NCBI GenBank assembly: GCA_963824495.1
Contig: CAWGPQ010000004.1
Location: 1 to 19,457 of the forward strand
Length of the DNA: 19,457 nt
Direction: 5' to 3'
DNA from: an uncultured bacterium
Lineage (GTDB): Bacteria; Babelota; Babeliae; Babelales; Babelaceae
Part shown: one piece after another, positions 1 through 7,382 of the stretch
How positions within the stretch are numbered: the first letter of the stretch is position 1
Layout of the letters: every line of letters begins with the position of its first letter
Position numbers and translations under genes: made by a program
Notes under the pieces: model-generated
Told to the model about the DNA's origin: nothing
Databases searched by the model: none
Seen by the model: the letters and a program-made list of their open reading frames with translations, nothing else

Positions 1-324
1 ACTGCTCCTTCAGGATGCTGTATAGCTCAATGGCCTGAGCCTGATACTGAGCTGGATGAGCCTATCGTTACTGTCTATATTTCATCCGGCATAACGTCAC
101 TTCGTGTCTTCCCTCAACTCAAAGAACAAGTGCTGTCAGACGTGATTGAATTTTTAGAAGCCTATCATATCAAAGCTCAGATTTTTGCCGACATATCTCC
201 TCTTGATTCGTCTCTCTATGGCAGGTATATCATACATGACCAGAAACCCCTTGCTGGATCCTATATTAATCTGACAAATCCCCCTCTTGTTCAATTAAGT
301 GTTATAAAAGTTCCTACTGTATGA
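1..324 (+). CDS. PASTA-domain protein, C-terminal part (5' end outside window)
   Basis: Frame 1 is open from base 1 to TGA at 322-324 (TAPSGCCIAQWPEPDTELDEPIVTVYISSG...FPQLKEQVLSDVIEFL...IIHDQKPLAGSYI...VQLSV). It has two IxxQxPxxG/VxLxVS patterns typical of PASTA repeats. Confidence 0.7.
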   Translation, partial: TAPSGCCIAQWPEPDTELDEPIVTVYISSGITSLRVFPQLKEQVLSDVIEFLEAYHIKAQIFADISPLDSSLYGRYIIHDQKPLAGSYINLTNPPLVQLSVIKVPTV

Positions 325-409
325 GAAAAATACATGACGAGTAGTTTCTGTTATTATTGTATATACAATTTCACTCATTAAGTTACGTCAAAAATATAAA
401 GTTAATAGT

Positions 410-868
410 ATGAAAAAGGTTTTTTTAATTATTTTGAGTATGTTGAGCATTACGTGCTCTTATGGTAATAATGGCACACTCACTTTTAAGTCACCTGCTG
501 CAAAAATAGTTAAGGGCAAACTAGCTAAAGAAGCTAAGCCGTTATCTGATGTTTTAGATTACTATATTACTAAGGGACTCGGCTTACCCGCACATTGGAA
601 TAATCTGTATAATCTGGATAGCTTAGCAACCATAGACTCATATCAAGCTACCTATGCTTTGATTAAGACTGCAGGTTTTATTATGATAGGTAGTAAGCTT
701 GGTGAATATATTCTTACGCATGTCCCACCTGAATATCGCCCTTACGCTACCCCCTTCGTTTACGCTCTTCTTACTCTTGGAATTCCTGCCGGGGTAGGCC
801 TTACCCTTGAAAGACTTAAAAAACTAGAAGCCAAAGTTGCTAAAAAGTTCCATAAAAAGCACTTGTAA
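410..868 (+). CDS. Hypothetical exported/membrane protein; paralog of 16377-16778
   Basis: 152-aa ORF with an MKK+hydrophobic signal peptide and two further hydrophobic segments. Shares DYYIxKGLG and AGxGxTLExxxKxE with the 16377 ORF. Confidence 0.8.
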   Translation: MKKVFLIILSMLSITCSYGNNGTLTFKSPAAKIVKGKLAKEAKPLSDVLDYYITKGLGLPAHWNNLYNLDSLATIDSYQATYALIKTAGFIMIGSKLGEYILTHVPPEYRPYATPFVYALLTLGIPAGVGLTLERLKKLEAKVAKKFHKKHL

Positions 869-888
869 TATATCTATACGATCTTAAT

Positions 889-918
889 TTTACTAAATTA
901 TTTTTTTCCTAATATGAT
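889..918 (+). promoter_or_regulatory. Putative sigma70 promoter for the 969 gene
   Basis: TTTACT-N18-TATGAT, with AAGGGG RBS before ATG 969. Confidence 0.4.
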
Positions 919-968
919 AATAACGTTGTTTTTAGCCTATACAGCTGCTATTTTAAGGGGAACTCAGT

Positions 969-1413
969 ATGAAAAAGAATTTTTTAGTGCAGCATTTTTT
1001 AGTAGTATGTGGAGCACTGAGTTTTCTAACTACGGGATACGAGCCCATGCTTAGAGCACAAGCTCAACCTCAACGACCCAAGCTATTTGACCAGCTTGCT
1101 CAATATCCCAAGACTGCTCAATTGCTTCTCGAATTAGAGCACGCCTTTCAAGCACCTAAACAAACAGAAGAATTTGGAGGAAGTAGCGTAAGGGTGATAT
1201 TCGGGGGGCAGCTTTGAAGCACCCGAAAAAGAACAGGAAGCGATAGCTAAAATTCACATAGAAAATGAGGTACAAGGTATTATTGAATATTTTAGCACTT
1301 TTAGCGTAACGCTTGGCTTATCTTTGCTCACGCTAGGACTTATGATTGAGGTTTATGAGGAATCTATACCGTTAAAACATGCTCAAGAAGCTGAAACACA
1401 GAAGCTTGCTTGA
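969..1413 (+). pseudogene. Hypothetical exported protein gene, frameshifted (147 aa if one base is removed)
   Basis: The ATG 969 frame stops at 1215-1217. The +1 frame is open from 1198 to TGA 1411-1413 (GSFEAPEKEQEAIAKIHIENEVQGIIEYF...ETQKLA). The shift must lie in 1198-1214, which contains a G6 run (1203-1208). Confidence 0.6.
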
Positions 1414-1443
1414 GATAAGAATCTCAACGCTTTCTCTCTTTTC

Positions 1444-1458
1444 TTAACGTCACGTTAA
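1444..1458. other. Palindrome TTAACG-TCA-CGTTAA between convergent genes (copy at 3934-3948); possible terminator or binding site
   Basis: Perfect inverted repeat 5 bp past the ankyrin stop; AT-rich, so a weak stem. Confidence 0.3.
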
Positions 1459-1463
1459 TGAGC

Positions 1464-3080
1464 TTAAGAAGGCGATCCTGCTGGAGGTATATGTCCGGGA
1501 GCCAGGGCAAATTGAGCGATTTGTTCAGCTATCTCGGGCGGAAGAGGTTGCTGCTGACCTGCAGGCTGCCACTCAAATTGTCCTCTTCTGCCTGCTCTTG
1601 TTAACCCGCGAAATATAGCTCCACCGGCTTCTCTTTCCAAGAAAGCAACAATAGTAGGCCGATCGTACCTATAGGCAAGAGCTAGAGGAGTCTGACCGTC
1701 TCGGTTAACGATAGTAGGATTAGCACCACGTGCAAGTAAGAGTTTAGCGGTACTCAAGCTACCATTACGAGCTGCCAAATGTAATGGTGTATTACCCTCT
1801 TCATCTTGGGCATTGATATCAGCACCACGATAAAGTAATGACCTTACCATAGCAGTATTCCCTTGAGCAGCTGCCCAATGTAATTCGGGCGACCCTGGAG
1901 AAGAACCAGGAGCCAGCACGAATTGAGCGATTTGTTCTGCAACGTAAGATGGGAGCGGCTTGCCTGTAGGCTGCCATGGAAATCCTTCCCGTGATATTTT
2001 ACTAAACGCAGCACGCTCAACTTCTCTTTTTAAGAAAACAGCAACGTCAGGGTGACGGTATTGGCGAGCAAGAGCTAGAGGAGTCTGACCGTCCCGGTTA
2101 ACAAGTGTAGCGTCAGCACCAAGTTCAAGCAGAAGTTTAACCATACTCAAGTTACCGTTACGAGCTACTATATGTAACGGTGTATTACCCTCTGCGTTTG
2201 GTATATTGATATTAGCACCATAATCAAATAATAATCTTACGATATTATCATGTCCTTGAGCAGCAGCCCAATGTAACGCCGTCATACCATGAGAATCTTG
2301 ACGATTAAGATTAAGCAGTTGAGGTGGTTGAGAAGGTATCGTTGGCGGTAATATGGCATAAGAAGCAAGCAGCTTGCGGAACTGAGCAGGTAACGATTGC
2401 GCCTGAGGTGATTGTGGTTGAGCTTGCACTTGAGTACTTATGTTTTCTGTAATAGTCTTTTGTGGTAAAGTAGAAAGTAGTTCTACTAGACGCTTGATAT
2501 TGCCCAGAGCTGCTGCATAAGCAAGTTCGTTGCCTTCAAATACAGCATGTAAAACTTGCTTCGCATATTCTAGGTTGGAAATGTTAAGGAGCTGTTCTCC
2601 AGTTGGTATTGTTGCCCCGTGCTCCATAAGCATTCCAACTATCTCTGTACGTCCATGCTCGGCCGCCAATATAAGAGCAGTTACGCCATATGTATTAACA
2701 CGATTAACATTGGCATTATGATCTAAAAGCAACCTAACTATATTTGTATACCCTCTGCTAGCTGCCAGTATAAGAGCAGTATTGCCAAGCCTATCAGCCT
2801 GATTAACATTAGCACCAGCATCAAGAAGCACAGTAACTATTGCAATATGGCTACGAAGTGCTGCCGATGTAAGCGCGGTATCGCCATTATTATCAACATA
2901 ATTAACATCAGCACCAGCCACAAGGGCAGCTTCTACCGTCTTAACGTCTCCATTTTTAGCTGCATCTAGTAATTCTTGGTTGACAGGATTGAGTTGTTGC
3001 TGAACCTCCATACATCCTAATGGTATAATAAAGATTAATGATAGGCTAGCAAATAGTAATTTTTTAAAATATTTAATCAC
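1464..3080 (-). CDS. Exported ankyrin-repeat protein with two ANK + F-box/PRANC-like C-terminal modules
   Basis: GTG start with AAGGA RBS; signal peptide ending LGCME; many GxTA/PLHxAA repeats; LPSYVAEQIAQF internally and LPPEIAEQIAQF terminally; internal DNA repeat at offset 393 (1675 vs 2068). Confidence 0.93.
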   Translation of the reverse strand: MIKYFKKLLFASLSLIFIIPLGCMEVQQQLNPVNQELLDAAKNGDVKTVEAALVAGADVNYVDNNGDTALTSAALRSHIAIVTVLLDAGANVNQADRLGNTALILAASRGYTNIVRLLLDHNANVNRVNTYGVTALILAAEHGRTEIVGMLMEHGATIPTGEQLLNISNLEYAKQVLHAVFEGNELAYAAALGNIKRLVELLSTLPQKTITENISTQVQAQPQSPQAQSLPAQFRKLLASYAILPPTIPSQPPQLLNLNRQDSHGMTALHWAAAQGHDNIVRLLFDYGANINIPNAEGNTPLHIVARNGNLSMVKLLLELGADATLVNRDGQTPLALARQYRHPDVAVFLKREVERAAFSKISREGFPWQPTGKPLPSYVAEQIAQFVLAPGSSPGSPELHWAAAQGNTAMVRSLLYRGADINAQDEEGNTPLHLAARNGSLSTAKLLLARGANPTIVNRDGQTPLALAYRYDRPTIVAFLEREAGGAIFRGLTRAGRRGQFEWQPAGQQQPLPPEIAEQIAQFALAPGHIPPAGSPS

Positions 3081-3123
3081 CTTTAATCCTTTATACTATT
3101 TTTATATAAATCTCTACTTTAAT

Positions 3124-3153
3124 AGTGTAATAAAATCGGGGCAAAAGAGTCAA
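3124..3153 (-). promoter_or_regulatory. Putative sigma70 promoter of ankyrin gene 1464-3080
   Basis: Minus strand TTGACT-N18-TACACT; identical copy at 5068-5097. Confidence 0.6.
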
Positions 3154-3269
3154 GAAAAGACTAAAGCCAAGGGTAATTTCGCAAGTAGCTCCTGCTTGAG
3201 ACTTATGCTAGGGGTACTTTCGTGAATAAGAGAGCATAACTTTTTAATTAATAAAATTGATCACGTTTT

Positions 3270-3461
3270 GTAAACAACTGCCCACTAAAGTGGGAAGCTT
3301 TATAGTCAGCTGAAAGAAGCTGCTACATTCGGGAAGTTTACGCTACCCGTTGCAGTATCGGCAGATAAAGCAATCCGGCAAATGTTACGACGTGCATTCA
3401 AGTCACTGTGTCGCTGGATTTCACAATTTTTACAAACTAACCGATGCCTAGAGCGAGTCCC
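3270..3461 (-). mobile_element. Partial IS200/IS605 element: right end plus tnpB 3' tail (omegaRNA region), cut by the duplication junction
   Basis: Near-identical to 5214-5405. Minus strand AAAG-CTTCCCAC-TTTA-GTGGGCAG-TTGT-TTAC. Confidence 0.85.
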
Positions 3462-3903
3462 AAAAAGAATTTTTTAGTACAGCATTTTTTAGTAGTATGT
3501 AGAGCACTGAGTTTTCTAACTACGGGATACCAGCCCATGCTTGGAGCACAAGCTCAACCTCAACTGCACAAGCTATTTGACCAGCTTGCTCAATATCCCA
3601 AGATTGCTCAATTGCTTCTTCAAGCAGAGCACGCCTTTCAAGCACCTAAACAAACAGAAGAATTTGGAGGAAGTAGCGTAAGGGTGATATTCAGGGGGCA
3701 GCTTTGAAGCACCTGAAAAAGAACGGTAAGTGATAGCTAAAATTCACATAGAAAATGAGGTACAAGGTATTATTGAATATTTTAGCACTTTTAGCGTAAC
3801 GCTTGGCTTATCTTTGCTCACGCTAGGACTTATGATTGAGGCTTTTGAGGAATCTATACCGTTAAAACATGCCCAAGAAGCTGAAACACAGAAGCTTGCT
3901 TAA
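3462..3903 (+). pseudogene. Second, more decayed copy of the 969 gene
   Basis: It has lost the native ATG, RBS and promoter at the junction. It carries the same frameshift (AG5 at 3693-3698) plus an extra TAA at 3727-3729 in the downstream frame. Confidence 0.75.
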
Positions 3904-3953
3904 GATAAGAATCTCAACGCTTTCTCTCTTTTCTTAACGTCACGTTAATGAGC

Positions 3954-5024
3954 TTAAGAAGGCGATCCTGCTGGAGGTATATGTCCGGGAGCCAGAGCAA
4001 ACTGGGCAACTATGTCAGCTATCTCGGGGGGAAGAATAGCACCTTCTGGATGCTGCCACTCAAAAACTCCAGCTTGACCTGCTCTTGTTAACTTGCGAAA
4101 CACAGCACGACCTGGCTCTCTTTCTAACAATGCGACAATAGTAGGCCGATGGTACCTATAGGCAAGAGCTAGAGGCGTCTGGCCGTCTCGGTTAACAATA
4201 GTAGCGTTAGCACCGCGCGCAATCAGAAGTTTAACCATACTCAAGTTGCCATTACGAGCTGCCAAATGTAACGGTGTGTTGCCATTTGTATCTCGAGCAT
4301 CGATATCAGCATCATGATCAAGTAATAGTTGTACTAGAGCATCGTTGCCCCGAGCTGCTGCCCAATGCAACGCAGTTTTGCCTGTTTTATCTGTCGCATG
4401 GGTGAGTTCTCCTGGCTCTTGTTCTAAAAGCTGACTAACAAGGTAAATATTGCCGAAGATAGCCTCCACGATAAAGGCATTGGCAATTATGTTATTAAGG
4501 AACCTGCGAAGGCTATGGATAGATTCTGGATCATGGGATAGTTTTGCTCCATGTTCAATAAAGAATATAGCAGACTCGGGCTTGTTATCAGTAATTGCCC
4601 AGTCAAGAGCAGTCCAACGATTTATATAGTCATGATTAACGTTAACATCAGCACCGTGCTCTAGAAGCAATCCAGCCATGGGTATATTTCCATTCTGAGC
4701 TGCATACATTAGAGCAGTATTGCCAATCCTATCAATATGGTTAACATGAGCACCAGCACCAGCATCTAAAAGCACAGTAACTATTGCAATGTGGTTACGA
4801 AGCGCTGCCCATATGAGGGCGGTATCGCCATTATTATCAACATAATTAACATCAGCACCAGCCACAAGGGCAGCTTCTACCGTCTTAACGTCCCCATTTT
4901 TAGCTGCATCTAGTAATTCTTGGTTGATAGGATTGAGTTGTTGCTGAACCTCCATACATCCTAATGGTATAATAAAGATTAATGATAGGCTAGCAAATAG
5001 TAATTTTTTAAAATATTTAATCAT
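3954..5024 (-). CDS. Exported ankyrin-repeat protein with C-terminal F-box/PRANC-like motif
   Basis: The first ~90 aa are near-identical to the 538-aa paralog and the last 16 aa are identical, but the central repeats differ. Ends LPPEIADIVAQFALAPG. Confidence 0.93.
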   Translation of the reverse strand: MIKYFKKLLFASLSLIFIIPLGCMEVQQQLNPINQELLDAAKNGDVKTVEAALVAGADVNYVDNNGDTALIWAALRNHIAIVTVLLDAGAGAHVNHIDRIGNTALMYAAQNGNIPMAGLLLEHGADVNVNHDYINRWTALDWAITDNKPESAIFFIEHGAKLSHDPESIHSLRRFLNNIIANAFIVEAIFGNIYLVSQLLEQEPGELTHATDKTGKTALHWAAARGNDALVQLLLDHDADIDARDTNGNTPLHLAARNGNLSMVKLLIARGANATIVNRDGQTPLALAYRYHRPTIVALLEREPGRAVFRKLTRAGQAGVFEWQHPEGAILPPEIADIVAQFALAPGHIPPAGSPS

Positions 5025-5067
5025 CTTTAATCCTTTATACTATTTTTATATAAATCTCTACTTTAAT

Positions 5068-5097
5068 AGTGTAATAAAATCGGGGCAAAAGAGTCAA
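5068..5097 (-). promoter_or_regulatory. Putative sigma70 promoter of ankyrin gene 3954-5024
   Basis: TTGACT-N18-TACACT on the minus strand. Confidence 0.6.
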
Positions 5098-5193
5098 GAA
5101 AAGACTAAAGCCAAGGGTAATTTCGCAAGTAGCTCCTGCTTGAGACTTATGCTAGGGGTACTTTCATGAATAAGAGAGCATAACTTTTTAATT

Positions 5194-5400
5194 AATAAAA
5201 TTGATCACGTTTTGTAAACAACTGCCCACTGAAGTGGGAAGCTTTATAGTCAGCTGAAAGAAGCTGCTACATTCGGGAAGTTTACGCTACCCGTTGCAGT
5301 ATCGGCAGATAAAGCAATCCGGCAAATGTTACGACGTGCATTCAAGTCACTGTGTCGCTGGGTTCCACACTTTTTACAAACTAACCGATGCCTAGAGCGA
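5194..5400 (-). ncRNA. Putative TnpB omegaRNA (reRNA): scaffold overlapping the tnpB 3' end and right end, guide ~5213-5194 (AAAACGUGAUCAAUUUUAUU); 5' boundary approximate
   Basis: Inferred from the established TnpB architecture, in which the scaffold is the tnpB 3' end plus right end and the guide is flanking DNA. Expression is not shown. A second copy lies at ~3250-3456. Confidence 0.5.
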
Positions 5401-5569
5401 GTGCCAATATGTCCACATTCTGCACACATTTTACTGGTATAAGCAGGATTAACAAAGACAACTCTCAAGCCTGCTGCTTGGGCTTTATAATTTATAAAAC
5501 TCTGTTAACCAGGTTTACGCTTTCTCCTCCCCTTACTCGAGTAAGGGGTTTCTGAAAGCACAATAATCT
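5214..5569 (-). mobile_element. Non-autonomous, internally deleted IS200/IS605-family element (356 bp, both ends retained)
   Basis: Left end: target TCAT (5573-5570), then GAAA + hairpin CCCCTTAC-TCGA-GTAAGGGG (5548-5529). Right end: AAAG + hairpin CCCAC-TTCA-GTGGG + terminal TTAC (5217-5214). tnpB remnant inside. The reconstructed empty site restores TCA-TAA for hss. Confidence 0.85.
5250..5504 (-). pseudogene. tnpB: tnpB C-terminal fragment (zinc ribbon + RuvC-III)
   Basis: QSFINYKAQAAGLRVVFVNPAYTSKMCAECGH...CKKCG...HSDLNARRNI is the canonical TnpB C-terminus. An in-frame TAA lies directly upstream (5505-5507) and the N-terminal domains are absent. Confidence 0.92.
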
Positions 5570-7034
5570 ATGATAATAAAAAGCTGGTAAACTGCCATAT
5601 ATCTTCAGCATTGGGTGCTGGATCGTTATAATGCTTATAGGGAATGACGCGGTTTTTAAAAGGAGTCCAATCAGTTTCCTGAGAAACAAATTTCCCAAGA
5701 TAGGGCATGGCGCGAGCAAGAATGTCTTCATGAGGTAGATCATCGGGAACAAGCACACCTTCGTGTGGATGCTCAAACATCCATATAAGTGCCGAAAGGG
5801 CTGAGCATGCAACTTGAAGTGTTGTTGCATTTTGATGGGGGACCAGACGACGTGTTTCTTCGATATCCAATATACTACCGGTCCACCATCCCGTAAAATC
5901 ATGGCCAAGCAACAATACTCCTACTTCATCAGATCCGCTTATAATATCATCTTGTAGTATGCGCCAATTTTTTTGTGGCGTATAGTTGTGCATAACCATT
6001 TCGTATAATGAATTTACAGCACCGTCGGCAGGACAGTAGGCATAATAGACCGTTGGTCGATACGTAGCGCGAGCCTTTTCCCACACAGTGAGATGATCAG
6101 AGATAGTAAATGCTTCACCGTGTCTAATAACCATACCGTTAATTGGGCCCGATGGCACCCATGAGCGTACCCAGGTGTCAATACTTGGCTTTGAAAGACA
6201 GAGTTGGTTGCGTGGACCAAAATTGTGAAATAATGCACCATGGGGCAATCGGCGTTCATGGGTACCCCATCCTATTTCTGCCGGTGCTAGACCTTCCTCT
6301 ATAATACCTTCAACACTCCACGTATTAACAAATTCGTTTACTTCTTTTGGCTGGCGGGTAATCTGTGTATCACGCTCACTAATTTGAATAATTTTTAAGC
6401 TAATAAGTTGAGCAATATGAGCAAAGTTCTTTATAGTACATGCTTGCTCGAGTTTTTCTCTTCGAGGATCACCTGGCTTTTCTTGAATAATTTTTTGAGC
6501 GATATCTAAAAGGGCCACTTTAGTAAAATGCGATACAAGGCCGGGATTAGCACCATGATCGATAACAGCTGTTGTGCCTTTTTTATTGGGCCACTTTTGT
6601 ATCATCTCACGAATACTCATGTGACGTTCATAAAGAGTGCTGTCAATAGGCGATGCTTCGCCAATACCATGTTCGTAAGGATCCCACAATTCCACCGATG
6701 TATTAATATAAAAAACCTCATGATCGTGACACCATTGCAACATATCAGCACAGTTAATATTGCATGCTAGATCGACAATACAATCGCCCTTACCCAAGAG
6801 AGAAGGTAAGAGTAATGTGAAATTTGCTTTTGTTATAGTTTCGACTCTATAATGCACACCTCGAGCAAGAGTATCCTGAAGCAATAGCCGAGTATCATGT
6901 GTGGTAATAATTGTGACGTTATGGGGAGAAATAGCAATATGCTTGAAAATTAAAGGTAACATGCATTGTGCAACAGCACCTGCACCTATGACAAGCATAC
7001 GACCGTTAAATTCAAGTTTTTCTTTCGTACTCAT
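5568..7034 (-). CDS. hss: Homospermidine synthase (saccharopine dehydrogenase-like fold)
   Basis: Rossmann IGAGAVA, plus GANPGLVSHF, NTWSVEG, GWGTHE, HGEA and NATTLQV motifs. Likely start is ATG 7034 (MSTKEKLEF; 488 aa) rather than 7178. Confidence 0.9.
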   Translation of the reverse strand: MSTKEKLEFNGRMLVIGAGAVAQCMLPLIFKHIAISPHNVTIITTHDTRLLLQDTLARGVHYRVETITKANFTLLLPSLLGKGDCIVDLACNINCADMLQWCHDHEVFYINTSVELWDPYEHGIGEASPIDSTLYERHMSIREMIQKWPNKKGTTAVIDHGANPGLVSHFTKVALLDIAQKIIQEKPGDPRREKLEQACTIKNFAHIAQLISLKIIQISERDTQITRQPKEVNEFVNTWSVEGIIEEGLAPAEIGWGTHERRLPHGALFHNFGPRNQLCLSKPSIDTWVRSWVPSGPINGMVIRHGEAFTISDHLTVWEKARATYRPTVYYAYCPADGAVNSLYEMVMHNYTPQKNWRILQDDIISGSDEVGVLLLGHDFTGWWTGSILDIEETRRLVPHQNATTLQVACSALSALIWMFEHPHEGVLVPDDLPHEDILARAMPYLGKFVSQETDWTPFKNRVIPYKHYNDPAPNAEDIWQFTSFLLS

Positions 7035-7113
7035 AATAACAAAAGCATATAATATTATTGACTTTAGACGCAAGATTTGCGGTAATAGATACATAATAGG
7101 GTTACAGGTATCT

Positions 7114-7287
7114 ATGGCACCAGTAATAAAAATTTTTCTTGTAACGGTTGCTCTTTCTATCAATGTAGGCTCGGCCAATGGACGTGCTGCATCTGATAAA
7201 GCACACGTGCCTTCTCAAGAGCGTGAGCAGCAACGTTTACTCCAGCGATTTTGGGAGTCAGTTGGTAGGTGGGTAGAAGCTGATTAA
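7114..7287 (+). CDS. Small putative secreted protein (57 aa)
   Basis: MAPVIKIFLVTVALSINVGSANG... signal-like N-terminus with AGG 5 nt upstream. It fills the hss-MATE gap once the hss start is corrected. Confidence 0.5.
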   Translation: MAPVIKIFLVTVALSINVGSANGRAASDKAHVPSQEREQQRLLQRFWESVGRWVEAD

Positions 7288-7382
7288 TGTGTGAGCATCC
7301 TGTGCTCAAGCATGACCCCTTCTTTTAGCACTACAGCATAAGGCAAAACAATGGTAACTTTCGAGGGAAAGCGAAAAAAGCT

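Larger units (their letters stand above)
972..3461. repeat. Tandem duplication unit 1 (hypothetical gene + ankyrin gene + IS right end)
   Basis: 972-1505 matches 3462-3995 (offset 2490; roughly 20 mismatches by eye). ~2815-3460 matches ~4760-5404 (offset 1944; few mismatches). The offset difference of 546 nt equals the 182-aa length difference of the two ankyrin ORFs. Confidence 0.95.
3462..5407. repeat. Tandem duplication unit 2
   Basis: Junction at ~3459-3463 (GAGCGAGTCCC|AAAAAGAAT) joins tnpB sequence to codon 2 of the 969 gene. Confidence 0.93.

Noticed and set aside
3444..3707. 87-aa ORF MPRASPKKNF…
   Set aside because: Chimeric: the ATG and first codons come from the antisense tnpB remnant across the duplication junction, and there is no RBS.
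5519..5559. Hairpin read only as the hss rho-independent terminator
   Set aside because: No U-tract follows it on the hss strand, and the GAAA/TCAT match plus the empty-site reconstruction fit an IS left end better. A secondary terminator role is not excluded.
7035..7178. 48-aa N-terminal extension of hss in the ORF track
   Set aside because: Recognisable homology starts near MSTKEKLEF, and the extension overlaps a plausible opposite-strand small gene.
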